A stretch of 64,000 nucleotides of DNA from the IMG/VR virus record IMGVR_UViG_3300024319_000005, positions 35,223 to 99,222 of that record; one strand, written 5' to 3'. How positions within the stretch are numbered: position 1 is the stretch's first letter; every line of letters begins with the position of its first letter. This document shows positions 1-11,294 of this stretch, piece by piece. The notes under the pieces are model-generated. The model was not told where the DNA came from, did no database searches, and was given only the letters and a program-made list of their open reading frames with translations. Made by a program: the position numbers and the translations under genes. This stretch comes from a virus.

Positions 1-3000
1 TTTCCATTAGAGTCTATCCGTACTTGTTCAGCTCCTGCTGTATATAAACGCATAGCATCAACACTATGTGTATATCTAATCTGTCCTGCAGTACTTGATG
101 CGGAATCCCCAAAGGCAACAATGCTAGATGCAGTAGCTCCCCCAATTCTTATTCTAACTAAAGCATCATCTGAAGTTCCTGTGCCTGAAGACCGAACTCT
201 AATAGAAGGATCAGTAACAGCTTGTACATCAAGAAGATGACCAGGGTTAGTAGTTCCTATACCTAAATAACCTGATGAATCAATACGCATCTTTTCAGAT
301 GTGCCTGAGTCAAATATTAGCTCACCTGCATCTGTATAAATACTTGCGCTAGTTGCTCCACTTTCTCTAAATCTTAGTCTTGGATTATCTGTTGAGTCTG
401 TATCATTAATAACTATTTCAGCACCATCTCCTGACACTACCAATAGTTTATCTGGATTTGTAATCCCTATACCTACGTTGCCTGTAGTGTATACTGCATC
501 GTTAGTGTCTGTACCATCTACGAACTTACCTCCACCTCCGCTACCATTAGCAGCAGCAGTTATTCTACCCTGTGCATCTACAGTAATATCAGCAGCAGTG
601 TAAGAACCTGCAGTTACCGCAGTATCATCAAGGTTTACTGTCAAAGTGGTAGATCCCCCAGCAGTAGATATTCCTGTACCCCCAGCTATGTCTACAGTAG
701 CATTATTTGTTATAAAAGTAGGAAGTCCAGTATCTCCTTGTAATCGCCAACTATAAGAACCAGCAGCATCTATCCAATCTGTACCAGTTGCGGTAGAAGA
801 TAATACTTGACCGCTTGTTCCTGGTGAATTGCTTGAGTCATAGTAACTACCTGTTATTCTAGCGTTACCTTGTACGTCTAATTTATGTATAGGGCTTGTA
901 GTTCCTATACCTAACTTTTCATCCTTCCAAGTAGATCTTTGGGTAAATTCTCGTTGTGTATACCCAGTGTCTATAGTTAATTGATCACTAGCTGTAACTG
1001 TATTGATTGAAACGTTGGCTTTGTCAGCAGAACTCCTGGAGTTGATCATTAAATCTGCAGTTACACTTCCATATATAGTTATACCTGCTAATACTTCAAA
1101 ACCAAATATAAAACCTGCGGTAGTTGTTTCCTTTGTCCATAAGAAAGGTTTAATAAACCTATTCCCATTATTGTCCTCTTTGTAATATATTTCCCATGCT
1201 AAATCTGGCAAAGTCCCAGATCTAAGAACAACGTCAACATCAATTACTTGAACCTGCTGTGCACTCTGAGCATAAAGTTTCCCAACAATTTGATAGTTCT
1301 TAGAAGCACCACTTGGGATAATAGTAACAACTTTTTGGTAATCTCCAGCTACAAAGTAAGAGCCTACTAAATTCCCACTATATGCTTGGTTAGCACTAAT
1401 AAAATTAGATCCAACATACTCTTGTCTTGGACCATTAAATAAAGTGCCACTATATTGAATGTCTCCAGTTACATCTAATTCGTAATCAGGACTTGTATTG
1501 TTTATTCCTACATGACCATCGTTTTGAATCCTCATCTTCTCATTACCACCAACGCCAATTCTAATAGGGTTTCCTTCCCCTTCATATAAAAGAACATCAC
1601 CAGACCTAGCGGATATATCAAAGTCAGAACCAGTAGTATCAGTAAGGCGTAATCCAGCAGTATCTGTATTCTGAATCTGTAACCCTTTACCACTATAGGA
1701 TAATGAAGGACTCATTGTCCCTATACCTACGTTGCCACCATTAAAATAAGAATTTCCAGTTGATGAGTCTAGATGTATAGTAGTTGTATTACTACTATTC
1801 CTAATATCCACATATCCATTATTTGAACCATCTTCGATAACCTTAAAAATTTCAGATGTATTTCCAGCGTTTTTTACAGAAATGCCCTCAACTTCTGTAG
1901 CACTTGTTTGGATGGTAAGTTTTGCGGTTGGAATAGTAGTTCCTACTCCGACATTTCCTGTAGTATATACTGCATCTGTAGTAGTTGTTCCATCTACAAA
2001 TTTATTATTTGGAATAGCATCTACTAAGTCTTTTAAAACTTTGCCTTGTGCTGCTGTTAATCCTTCTGTTGTAGATGTACTTGTTAAAGTATTGTTTAAT
2101 GTAATTGCATCTAAAAATGCAGACATATCAATAGTAAATGTACTTGCATCATCTCTTGTAAACGTAGCTACACCTGTTGAACTATTTAATGAACCACTAG
2201 TTAGTCTAGCTAGGTTTGTATCATCTAAATACAAAGATAAATCTATATCAGTATCAGTACCATTTTCATCTGTATATGTAAGGATGTTTGATGCAATAGC
2301 AATACTTGTTACAGTTTCTGGTATGTTTACTTGCGCTCCAGCTTGTATACTATTTAATTTAGATTTTTCTGTTGGTAAAAATACTCCAGCAGTACTTGTA
2401 GTAGCGGCTGGAATAATACCATTATTTCCATCGCTTGATAATACTGTCACGCTAGTTGTTCCAGTAGAAACTGCTATGTTTGTAGATACGTTTGATACTT
2501 TTGCAGTATTAGCAACGACATCAGTATTAGCTGATACCCTAGCTTCTGTATAATATAAATTAGTAGTACCTTCTAATAAATCATCTGTATCAGTTGGTGT
2601 ATTTAATATGTCTGTATACGTTAATTGCCTTCTGTCTGGAGCAGTAGTATTACCAATAAATACATGAAGTGAATCTAAGTTTGGAATATCATTTGCACGA
2701 CCAGCACCTTGAATAATTATTGTTCCATTATTATCGCTTCTAACTACTCTACCAATATTTTGAACAAACTGCGTTTCTGCACTTGGTCTAACATTAGTTA
2801 GTTGTCCTGCCGTATTACTAAGATACAATGTATCGTTTTCTGAATACGCACTTGTGTTAAAACTGCCAATTTCACCACCAATAATCATTACACCATTTGA
2901 GTTATGATTAATGCTAGAGGTTGTTACACCCATTGCAGGGTTTGTTCCAGTATTAACTGCTAATGCTATTAAGTCATTGTTTCCACTAACTCCACTAATG

Positions 3001-3362
3001 TATACTGCACTATTAGCTGGAATAGTTGAACCAGTTGTATTACGTACTTCAATTTCTATATGACTTGCTGCTACTGGTGATCCAGTTGGATCTGTGTATG
3101 TAAAAACACCAGTTGCATTATTATAATTTAATGATGAAGAATCAGATGTTAAACTGATTGCATTGCGTGATTTAGTGTCTGTATAATACTCATTAGTAGT
3201 TCCTTCTGCAATGTCATCTGTATCTAAAACAACAACTCCTGTTTGACCATTAACTGAATCAACATCTCCAACATTAGTTGTTACTGTACCATCTGCAAGT
3301 AAAAACTCTGAAGATGTACCGCCTATTACTTGAAATTTATCTGCTATATACTTCTTGCTCAT
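1..3362 (-). CDS. Large tail fibre / receptor-binding protein, runs off the left edge (absent from the ORF track)
   Basis: ATG at 3362 directly after the stop of 3363..7724. Manual translation MSKKYIADKFQVIGG... stays open to the window edge, with many GNVGIGTTxP and EKMRIDSSG repeats typical of Bacteroidota phage fibres. Confidence 0.85.
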   Translation of the reverse strand, partial: MSKKYIADKFQVIGGTSSEFLLADGTVTTNVGDVDSVNGQTGVVVLDTDDIAEGTTNEYYTDTKSRNAISLTSDSSSLNYNNATGVFTYTDPTGSPVAASHIEIEVRNTTGSTIPANSAVYISGVSGNNDLIALAVNTGTNPAMGVTTSSINHNSNGVMIIGGEIGSFNTSAYSENDTLYLSNTAGQLTNVRPSAETQFVQNIGRVVRSDNNGTIIIQGAGRANDIPNLDSLHVFIGNTTAPDRRQLTYTDILNTPTDTDDLLEGTTNLYYTEARVSANTDVVANTAKVSNVSTNIAVSTGTTSVTVLSSDGNNGIIPAATTSTAGVFLPTEKSKLNSIQAGAQVNIPETVTSIAIASNILTYTDENGTDTDIDLSLYLDDTNLARLTSGSLNSSTGVATFTRDDASTFTIDMSAFLDAITLNNTLTSTSTTEGLTAAQGKVLKDLVDAIPNNKFVDGTTTTDAVYTTGNVGVGTTIPTAKLTIQTSATEVEGISVKNAGNTSEIFKVIEDGSNNGYVDIRNSSNTTTIHLDSSTGNSYFNGGNVGIGTMSPSLSYSGKGLQIQNTDTAGLRLTDTTGSDFDISARSGDVLLYEGEGNPIRIGVGGNEKMRIQNDGHVGINNTSPDYELDVTGDIQYSGTLFNGPRQEYVGSNFISANQAYSGNLVGSYFVAGDYQKVVTIIPSGASKNYQIVGKLYAQSAQQVQVIDVDVVLRSGTLPDLAWEIYYKEDNNGNRFIKPFLWTKETTTAGFIFGFEVLAGITIYGSVTADLMINSRSSADKANVSINTVTASDQLTIDTGYTQREFTQRSTWKDEKLGIGTTSPIHKLDVQGNARITGSYYDSSNSPGTSGQVLSSTATGTDWIDAAGSYSWRLQGDTGLPTFITNNATVDIAGGTGISTAGGSTTLTVNLDDTAVTAGSYTAADITVDAQGRITAAANGSGGGGKFVDGTDTNDAVYTTGNVGIGITNPDKLLVVSGDGAEIVINDTDSTDNPRLRFRESGATSASIYTDAGELIFDSGTSEKMRIDSSGYLGIGTTNPGHLLDVQAVTDPSIRVRSSGTGTSDDALVRIRIGGATASSIVAFGDSASSTAGQIRYTHSVDAMRLYTAGAEQVRIDSNG

Positions 3363-6300
3363 TTAATAGTTGTTTTGTACTAAATTAATCCATGCATAGG
3401 TAGTGGCTCCTGTTTGCATACACATGTCTGCATAACTATTGTTTCCACTTGTTCTATATCTTATTGTTCCTACTTTACTTGCTGATGCTGTATCTGTGTC
3501 ATTGGCAATTTGAACTCCCCCATCTACTTGTAATTTAGAAGAAGGATTTGCAGTTCCTATTCCTACGCTACTAGTTGTACCGTCTATTCTTAACATTTCA
3601 GTACTGCCAATATTAAAAGTAATATCAGGCTCTACAAAACCATTAGCTTCAGTAGTAAAAACTGTTCCTCCAACGTTTGAAGATATTTCAACATAGTTAT
3701 TATCATCTGTTCCTATAGTAGCTGAACCACCTGAAACTTGTAACTTTGAATCAGGACTCTCAGTCCCTATACCTAAATTACCATTTGAATCAAATACTGC
3801 TATAGCAGTACCATTTTTGTGGTATCTTAAATCTCCTGCATTATTTGCATCTAATGTCCACTTACTAGTACCGTCTGCGCTCTCTATAGCTAACCCTTCT
3901 GCTATACCATCTACACTAGCTTTTACATGTAACTTAGAAGATGGGTTAGTAATACCAGATCCTATTTTTCCAGCAGCAGTAAAATTAGTAGATACAGCTC
4001 CTGACCCAGTAACATCTAAAGTTACAAGAGGATTAGTATTATTAATACCTACTTGACTACCTTTTATAGTCATTGTAGTATTTATAACTCCAGACTGTGC
4101 GGTATTAAAGTTTAATTGACCTCTTTCATTACCATCTGTGTATACACTTGTTACACTATTTATAGAAGAAAAAACTTCACTGCTTGCTGCAGAATTTAAA
4201 GCTTTAAACTCTATTAAACCGCTTGTAGTATTATTGCCAGTTACTCCACTGTCTGCTATTGTTATTTTAGGGTCAGCGTTAGTTGTAACTAATAAATCTC
4301 CTGTAGTTGTTTCTCCTGTAATTTCAAAATCCCCATCTACTCCTAAATTGTTTATTACAGTTACATCACCATTAGTATCTATTCTTAACAACTCATTACC
4401 GTGAGCATCAAGATTACCATCTTTTATAGATAGCCCACTAGCATCAGTTAATATTGTCCCTTGACCTCCTGATGTTGTATCAAAAGAAAGTATAGGACTT
4501 TGCCCATTAAGTGTTAATGAAGCTCCATCTGCAATATTAGAAATAGCTACTGTAGGCTTTATAGTAGTAGATGCATTATCTCCTACTGTTATTTCAGAGT
4601 TAGGGCTTGAAACTCCTACTCCTAAGTTTCCATCTGATGTTATACGTACACGCTCTGTAGGCGTGTCTGAGTCAGTTCCATTACCAAATACAAGGCTACC
4701 TGCTCCATCATTATATATTCTTGAATCTAAGCCACCTGCAGGTACAGATAAAATTAGTTCAGGAGTAGCTGATGTTATTTTAACAGAACCCTGTACTAAA
4801 GCATCTCCTACTACTTCTAATTTTTCACTAGGTGTAGTTGTTCCTATACCTACATTAGAAGTAGAATCATCTACTACTAAACCTGAGCCATTAGATCCTC
4901 CTACAGTATAAAAATTAACTGCCCCATCAGCATCTCCATCAGCATATAAACCACCATAAAAAGTACCATTAGAAGATTTAAAACTATAAACTTTATTCCA
5001 ATCTGCATTTGGACTTCCTGTAATAGTTACACGCCCTCCTCCAGTTACTGAAAATGATCCATTTTCATTATTTTCACCTATTTGTAAAGGGTATATTGGA
5101 ATACTAGTACCTATTCCTAGATTACCTTCGTTATTTATTCTTACAACTTCTCTATTCTGTGGAGAAACATTTCCTGTAGTATAAAATGCTAGTGCGCCTT
5201 TTGAGCCAAAAGCATTGTCTGATACTGAAGCAATTCTTGCCATAATATCATTAGTACTTCCTGGTGCAGTAGAGTTAGCTTTAAAATCAAGTGAGCCTGT
5301 AATATCTCCTTCAGACATAGCAAATAATCCTCCAGTAGCTCCTCCTGTTATTGTTACAGTTGAAGTTGTACTGTCGTTTACTATTTCTAATTCTGTTAGT
5401 GGGGTAATAGTTCCTATGCCAACATACCCTTGACCATTAATAGACATTTTCTCAGTTCTATCTGCAGGTAAAAAAGTATTATTATCTTGAGTAAAGAATC
5501 CTAGTCTAGGGTTTAAAGTAGCAGGGTCACTGTCAGTATTAATGTTTCTTATTTCTGAACCATACCACTCAACACCTGCACTATTTTTACTATTTAAAGT
5601 AATACCTACATACTCACCGTCAGCATCTGCTCCACTAGTAAAAGTTGCTATATTACCATTAGTTCCTGCGTTATCTACAGATAACTTTGATGTAGGAGAA
5701 GAAGTACCTACTCCTAAGTCTCCTTCTATAATAGCTCCATTTGTAGGAGCTGCAATATTATTATATCCAGTACCTACTCTTAAGTTACCTTCTATGTCTA
5801 GTTTAGAAGTAGGACTTGAATCTCCTATTCCTATATTATTGTTATTTTCAGTTACAACGCTGTCTTCAATTGTGTTTGAATCAGCCCATTTAGTTAATTT
5901 ACCTGCAGTACCAGTACCGTCTATTTTTTCATCTATTAAAATCTGTTGAGCATCTTGCTCATCCTTTAGTACTTTACCTTGACTAGCAGCTAAACTAATA
6001 GTGTTATCAGTTGAATCTAAACCATCATAAACATCTCTTTGTGCTATAGTAGTATCAACTGCATTACCATTATAAGTAGGTAAGCCATTTACATCTTCAC
6101 CAAAGTTATCTAAAACTGATTTATTAGCATGGGTGTGTGTACCTAATCCTATATAAGAAGTTACAGTACCATCAGCTAATAGTATTTCATCTACAGTTCC
6201 TCCATCTTTAATAAAGGCATTACTTTTTATATTGCCATCTACTTCTAAAGCTTCAGATGGACTTTGAGTTCCTACTCCTACATTACCTCCTAAAGGGTTT

Positions 6301-7724
6301 AATAGTAGTTCGTGGGAATTTGCATTAGTTACACTTTGAGATTGTAGCCAAGCTTTGTTAGAATTAAGTACTCCTACTTGTAATCCATAATAAGCAGGAT
6401 CAGTATCTGAATTACTTATAAATACACTACCTGTAGCAGCACCTAATGTAGGTATATCAGATGCATTACTTGATTCAACGTGTAGTTTTGTTTTTGGGTC
6501 TGTTAGTCCAACTCCTACTTTACCATCAAATGTAAGAGCTAAAGTATCATTAGTAGCTCCTGTTCTAAATTCTAATCCACCTATTGTGGAGTTATTAGCA
6601 ATAGTACTTACTCCTGGTCTACTAAAATACATATTAGCACCAGTGTTTTCTATACTTACATTACCTAAAGAGCCATTAACCTGAAAATCCCCAGCTACAT
6701 TTAAAGTTGTAGAAGGGGTAGTTGTATTAATACCAACATTACCAGTATTTGCTTGTACAGTAATCTTAGCATCTGTTAAATCAGCGTCTGTGTTATCTAA
6801 GTCAGAGTTATTGAGTATGTGTACATCACCAGTACCAAAGTTTCCTTTTGTGTCTAGTACTATACCTCCTTTTACTGCTCCATTTTGATCAATAAATCCA
6901 GTTAATCCTACTCCTGTAAACTCATTAGTGTCATTGTTTTGCCCTGCCACTATAGCAAAAGAATCTGTAGTAGTGTTATTATAAACTGTAGCTCTGTATC
7001 CAGGAGTGTCAGTACCAACTCCTAAGTAACCTGCTACATATGCATCCCCATCTAACTCAGTGTCTCCGCTAACTACTGCATCTCCTGATACTAGTAAGTC
7101 GTTAGTTACATCTAAACTATCTATATTTGCATGTCCAGTTACAGTTAACTCTTGAGAAATTACTTCTCCAGTTACATTTACATTTCCACCAACAAATAAG
7201 TCATTAGAGATTTTAGCATCGCCACCTACATCTAATTTTTTTGTAGGAGTTGTTACGTTTATACCTACGTTTCCGTTAGCGTAGTTTACAGCTATACTTG
7301 AAGGGGTAGCAGTAGATCCATCAGGGTTTTGCCATATACTACTATCAGAACTTTTTCTAATTAATGTAATATCATTGTTTGTTAACTCCCAGACAAAATC
7401 AGGAGTATTGCTATCTCCTAAAAATAAAAGGGCATTTACTTTTTGAGGCTCAGTTAAGTTAGCGTTAATCCAAGTTTCTACTTCTAGAATTTGTGGATCA
7501 TTTGTTACAGCAAAGGCTGATAAAGGTATTTCAATTTTTTCTACAGCATAGTCATTAGCAGTACCATAACCTAAAAACTCCATTGCTTTATCTACTAAAC
7601 CAATGAAACTTTGATTATAATTTGCTAAACCTCCTGTTGTTTCCTTAGACCCTCTAATATCTTTTCTTCCAAAGATTGTATTTTGAGACTTAAAGACTTT
7701 TATGAAAACCTTTTTAATATCCAT
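3363..7724 (-). CDS. Tail fibre protein (1453 aa)
   Basis: More than ten G(N/K)VG(I/V)GTxxPxxKLxV repeats; Gly/Thr/Asn-rich; lies in the structural arm. Confidence 0.85.
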   Translation of the reverse strand: MDIKKVFIKVFKSQNTIFGRKDIRGSKETTGGLANYNQSFIGLVDKAMEFLGYGTANDYAVEKIEIPLSAFAVTNDPQILEVETWINANLTEPQKVNALLFLGDSNTPDFVWELTNNDITLIRKSSDSSIWQNPDGSTATPSSIAVNYANGNVGINVTTPTKKLDVGGDAKISNDLFVGGNVNVTGEVISQELTVTGHANIDSLDVTNDLLVSGDAVVSGDTELDGDAYVAGYLGVGTDTPGYRATVYNNTTTDSFAIVAGQNNDTNEFTGVGLTGFIDQNGAVKGGIVLDTKGNFGTGDVHILNNSDLDNTDADLTDAKITVQANTGNVGINTTTPSTTLNVAGDFQVNGSLGNVSIENTGANMYFSRPGVSTIANNSTIGGLEFRTGATNDTLALTFDGKVGVGLTDPKTKLHVESSNASDIPTLGAATGSVFISNSDTDPAYYGLQVGVLNSNKAWLQSQSVTNANSHELLLNPLGGNVGVGTQSPSEALEVDGNIKSNAFIKDGGTVDEILLADGTVTSYIGLGTHTHANKSVLDNFGEDVNGLPTYNGNAVDTTIAQRDVYDGLDSTDNTISLAASQGKVLKDEQDAQQILIDEKIDGTGTAGKLTKWADSNTIEDSVVTENNNNIGIGDSSPTSKLDIEGNLRVGTGYNNIAAPTNGAIIEGDLGVGTSSPTSKLSVDNAGTNGNIATFTSGADADGEYVGITLNSKNSAGVEWYGSEIRNINTDSDPATLNPRLGFFTQDNNTFLPADRTEKMSINGQGYVGIGTITPLTELEIVNDSTTSTVTITGGATGGLFAMSEGDITGSLDFKANSTAPGSTNDIMARIASVSDNAFGSKGALAFYTTGNVSPQNREVVRINNEGNLGIGTSIPIYPLQIGENNENGSFSVTGGGRVTITGSPNADWNKVYSFKSSNGTFYGGLYADGDADGAVNFYTVGGSNGSGLVVDDSTSNVGIGTTTPSEKLEVVGDALVQGSVKITSATPELILSVPAGGLDSRIYNDGAGSLVFGNGTDSDTPTERVRITSDGNLGVGVSSPNSEITVGDNASTTIKPTVAISNIADGASLTLNGQSPILSFDTTSGGQGTILTDASGLSIKDGNLDAHGNELLRIDTNGDVTVINNLGVDGDFEITGETTTGDLLVTTNADPKITIADSGVTGNNTTSGLIEFKALNSAASSEVFSSINSVTSVYTDGNERGQLNFNTAQSGVINTTMTIKGSQVGINNTNPLVTLDVTGSGAVSTNFTAAGKIGSGITNPSSKLHVKASVDGIAEGLAIESADGTSKWTLDANNAGDLRYHKNGTAIAVFDSNGNLGIGTESPDSKLQVSGGSATIGTDDNNYVEISSNVGGTVFTTEANGFVEPDITFNIGSTEMLRIDGTTSSVGIGTANPSSKLQVDGGVQIANDTDTASASKVGTIRYRTSGNNSYADMCMQTGATTYAWINLVQNNY

Positions 7725-7772
7725 TCAGATAAACGTTTAAATCTAAGAAAAAATATATTGTAACTTTACATT

Positions 7773-7812
7773 AAAAAAATGCAAGCATATCCGATTAAAG
7801 ATACACTTGCAT
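7773..7812 (-). terminator. Intrinsic terminator after 7830..9278
   Basis: Minus strand ATGCAAGTGTATC-TTTAATCG-GATATGCTTGCAT followed by a T run. Confidence 0.75.
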
Positions 7813-7829
7813 TAATTATTTTATAAAGT

Positions 7830-9278
7830 CTAGAGTGCTCCTGTTACGACAGCATCTGTACTTGCAACCCAAACTCCAAGAACTGCATCAAAGTCAGTTT
7901 TGAAAGGTGTGTTTAAAGTAGCTCCATCTGCACTTACAGATATAACTGGGAAAAGATCAGCATTATCAGCAGTATATGCTGTTAGTACTGCGTCTACATC
8001 AGCAGTTGCATCCATAGCTGCAGGCATTAACATAACTAGTTGCTTAGGAGAAACTTCTTTTCTAGTAAGAGTTTCTTCAAAATCAACATAATCAAGAATA
8101 GCTGAAGTATATGGTGTGTTTTCAGCTACATAGTTGTAACCTTCAACAACATTAAATGAAGGATAATCTGTTGCTACAAAAAGATTGTGTACATTTCTTT
8201 GTGCACTTCTTCTGTTAGCCATATCCCAATTCATGTTTACAGCTTCTTCGTTACCAGCTTTAGTTGAACTAAATCCTTCTGATACTCTGAAACCGTCAGT
8301 TAAGTTTACAGTAATGTCAACTGTAGTCTTAGGGTTAGTATTTACTCCTAAAGGAATAGAATCTCTTTCTCCTAATACAATAAAAGCATCAACCTTAGCT
8401 GCAGCACCTGCAGTAGTAAGATCAATTACTTCAACAGTAGTAGCAATATCAATTGCTTCTGTAGCCTTACCTGCTGCTACGTCTTCAGCTTGAAGCTTAA
8501 GAAGTTTAGCAAGACCTGCAACCATTTCTGGTGTTATTGTTACTGAAGATGTAATACCTTTATAATCCATAAATGGAACAGAATCTCCTGCTGCAATACT
8601 ACCAATTGCTACTCCACCTGAAACTGTACCTGCAATATTTACTGCTAAAGCTACAAAAGGCTTCTTTCCTTTCATGTCTCCGTTCTCTCCTGAAAAAGTA
8701 AAAGAGCTACGGTTTAATTTATAAAGCATGTTTTGGATAACGTAATCCTTAGCATTAACTGTACCTAAAGCTGTAAAGTCAGGAGCAAGAATTTTACTTG
8801 TTACTGAGTTAGAGTTAAATCCGTGAGTCTTCTCTATCTGAGCAGAATCCATCTCAACTATAATACCGTATTCAGTACTATCAACAGGAGCTGGAAAATC
8901 AGAACAAGAAACTGCAGAATAAACTGCTGTTCTAGGTTTAGTAATAGTTAATGATCGTACATTATCTTTCTGAATATCATCAGAAGATACATATACTGGA
9001 TCTGCTACTTTCCAAGGATCTGCAAGAGCTAAGTTTGAGCTTGCAGGAGTTCCTTGCATTACTCTAATTGCTCTTACGTTACTTGCTACCTCACCACCAG
9101 CTAGAAAATTGTTAGCTGCTACTGTCCCATAAAAATCTGCGGAAGCAACTCCGAACTGACCGTCAGCCAAGTTTACATTGCTTGCACCTAGTACTGCTTG
9201 ATTTTTAGAAAAAGCTTGAGGTTTAGATACTAGAATTTCTTCTATATCACGCTTGTTACTTCTTTTAAATTGTGTCAT
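7830..9278 (-). CDS. Virion structural protein (possible auxiliary capsid protein)
   Basis: Ala/Val/Thr-rich 482 aa; third gene after MCP, as in the crAss-like capsid module. Positional inference. Confidence 0.55.
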   Translation of the reverse strand: MTQFKRSNKRDIEEILVSKPQAFSKNQAVLGASNVNLADGQFGVASADFYGTVAANNFLAGGEVASNVRAIRVMQGTPASSNLALADPWKVADPVYVSSDDIQKDNVRSLTITKPRTAVYSAVSCSDFPAPVDSTEYGIIVEMDSAQIEKTHGFNSNSVTSKILAPDFTALGTVNAKDYVIQNMLYKLNRSSFTFSGENGDMKGKKPFVALAVNIAGTVSGGVAIGSIAAGDSVPFMDYKGITSSVTITPEMVAGLAKLLKLQAEDVAAGKATEAIDIATTVEVIDLTTAGAAAKVDAFIVLGERDSIPLGVNTNPKTTVDITVNLTDGFRVSEGFSSTKAGNEEAVNMNWDMANRRSAQRNVHNLFVATDYPSFNVVEGYNYVAENTPYTSAILDYVDFEETLTRKEVSPKQLVMLMPAAMDATADVDAVLTAYTADNADLFPVISVSADGATLNTPFKTDFDAVLGVWVASTDAVVTGAL

Positions 9279-9299
9279 TTTAAAAATATTAATTTGAAA

Positions 9300-10046
9300 T
9301 TATAAATTAGAAACTATTTGATTTTGAGCTACTTGATAATCTGTAGTCTGCATAGCTTCCCATTCTCGAACAACAAAGTTAACTAGAACATCAATGAATG
9401 TTTCATCTATTTCTGGGTTAACAGCGTTGTCTGTTAAAGAATAACCATCTAAGCCTTTACTAGATTCTATACTATTATAGCCTCCTATAAATGCTCTTCT
9501 TGGTTGTTTAATATACTCAACATCAACTGTTGAGATTGTAAATTTGTTATTTGTATATAAATATATAGAAGAGCCTAAGCCTGTACTAGCCCTTGCAATA
9601 GTAAATGGAATTCTTTTCCACTTTCTAGAAGGCTTAGAAAATGCGTCTCCTAAAATAGTATTTAGTTGTGTGTGCTTATCTAAATTTAAGTTAATAGGTC
9701 CACAGTCAGTATTAATACTAACTCTAACTAAATGCCTGTACTTGTGCTCTAAAAAAGTAAATGGTATTTCAAATACACCATCTTTGTGAGCTAATGGAGT
9801 CAAAGGTGCTTGCTCTGGTTGCTTTACTAAAAGATTAGATATCATATCTATTCTCATTTGTGTAGCTTCAAAGCCCATACCTTGAGTAAGTGCAGTACCT
9901 GCAAAAGCAGCATCTACGTAGTTGTCTTGACTAATGTTAATCAATTCATCTATTATAGCAGGAGGTAAATCATATCTAGAATTAGAATCTAATTTTTCTA
10001 CCTTTGCTTTTACTAATACGTGTACTCTTTCAATTAATGCATCCAT
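9300..10046 (-). CDS. Virion structural protein, probable tail ring / head-tail adaptor
   Basis: Position after MCP; IIDELINISQ and VEYIKQPR patterns resemble crAss-like ring proteins. Confidence 0.55.
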   Translation of the reverse strand: MDALIERVHVLVKAKVEKLDSNSRYDLPPAIIDELINISQDNYVDAAFAGTALTQGMGFEATQMRIDMISNLLVKQPEQAPLTPLAHKDGVFEIPFTFLEHKYRHLVRVSINTDCGPINLNLDKHTQLNTILGDAFSKPSRKWKRIPFTIARASTGLGSSIYLYTNNKFTISTVDVEYIKQPRRAFIGGYNSIESSKGLDGYSLTDNAVNPEIDETFIDVLVNFVVREWEAMQTTDYQVAQNQIVSNL

Positions 10047-10047
10047 A

Positions 10048-11178
10048 TTATTCTACCCAAATGTTTTTAGATTTCACTTCGTCAAATAAAATTTTATACC
10101 AGTTTTGTGATTCACTCTTTTCTGAGTAGTTTTCATATTCTGATAACATAAAGTTTTTAAATGTTAAAGATGAAGTAAATTCTCCAACATTAGGATCTTG
10201 TATTTGTGAATGCCAAGTATATCTACCGTCTCTTGCAGTAATAACATTACCGTTAAGAGCTTGCTGTATCAAGTACTCAATATCTATTTTATAAGATTCT
10301 TCAGCAACTGACATTCTTTCTACTAAACTAGTCAACCTTTCGCTGTTAGCAAGTTGATGTCTGTTAGAGCTAGAAATATACTCAAGTAAAACTTCTTTTA
10401 CTTTATCATCTGTAGCTTTACCTTTTAGTATATTGTTTCCAACATTATCTTTAAGAATAATAGCTGCTTTGTATCTATCATAAGCTTCAAACTTACGCTT
10501 TAGAGTTTCATAGTTATATGCTGCTTCAGTTATAACTTCTCTCCTCTTAATCTTTCTTTCTTGTGCCTCATTTTCTTCTGAGATAAAAAATCTGTGACTA
10601 ACAGGATTAATGTCATCTATTGACTCTGCAATTCTATTGTGATTTTTTATAAGTTGCATTGACAACCTCCCTCGTGGGGTATCACTAGAAAATCTATTTG
10701 TTCTAGGATATAATACTAACTTAAAGTTCTGTAAGTATGTTGGAACTTCTGCATCTAAATGCGTTCCTTTTCCAGCACTTAATAAGGTAGAACCTTTCAT
10801 TTCTGAAGTATAAAAATCTGGATCTACTCCATCTCTTACTTCGTATTCTCTTTGTTTAGAAATTTTATCTTCTCCTACTAATGAGTCTAATAAAGAATCC
10901 CATAGTTTAGATAGACCAAATTCTACTTGCAACTCTGTTGCTTTTTTACCTTTAAAAGGATTTTCAACTAATTCATCTAGCCCAGTGATTAATCTACGTT
11001 TAGCGTAATCTGCTTTGAACTTATAAATATCGTGAACTTTTGAACCTCTTGATTGATTTAGTGGAGAACTATTTACTTCTTCACCTGTAACAGGATCAAA
11101 TGTTTTATACTGTCTTGTGTGTCTTCCTTGTACACTTGTTCCTTGTACAGGGTTAACGAATAATACATGATTTTTCAT
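10048..11178 (-). CDS. Conserved crAss-like capsid-module protein downstream of MCP
   Basis: 376 aa ORF; synteny with the crAss-like module. Confidence 0.55.
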   Translation of the reverse strand: MKNHVLFVNPVQGTSVQGRHTRQYKTFDPVTGEEVNSSPLNQSRGSKVHDIYKFKADYAKRRLITGLDELVENPFKGKKATELQVEFGLSKLWDSLLDSLVGEDKISKQREYEVRDGVDPDFYTSEMKGSTLLSAGKGTHLDAEVPTYLQNFKLVLYPRTNRFSSDTPRGRLSMQLIKNHNRIAESIDDINPVSHRFFISEENEAQERKIKRREVITEAAYNYETLKRKFEAYDRYKAAIILKDNVGNNILKGKATDDKVKEVLLEYISSSNRHQLANSERLTSLVERMSVAEESYKIDIEYLIQQALNGNVITARDGRYTWHSQIQDPNVGEFTSSLTFKNFMLSEYENYSEKSESQNWYKILFDEVKSKNIWVE

Positions 11179-11206
11179 ATCATTTTAACTTTTTCGTGGT
11201 TAAATT

Positions 11207-11245
11207 AAAAAAAATAGGTTCCTTTTTAATGTTGTCACCTACAAC
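11207..11245 (-). terminator. H-type pseudoknot plus U8 tract after MCP (candidate terminator)
   Basis: Minus strand GTTG-T-AGGT-GA-CAAC-ATTAAAAAGGA-ACCT-A-TTTTTTTT. Confidence 0.5.
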
Positions 11246-11294
11246 CAATCTCCAGTTTGATCATCTATATATAATCAAAAACAGATAGCGAATT

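Noticed and set aside
1-7724. Diversity-generating retroelement acting on the tail fibres
   Set aside because: No reverse transcriptase in the window and no repeat pair differing only at adenines.
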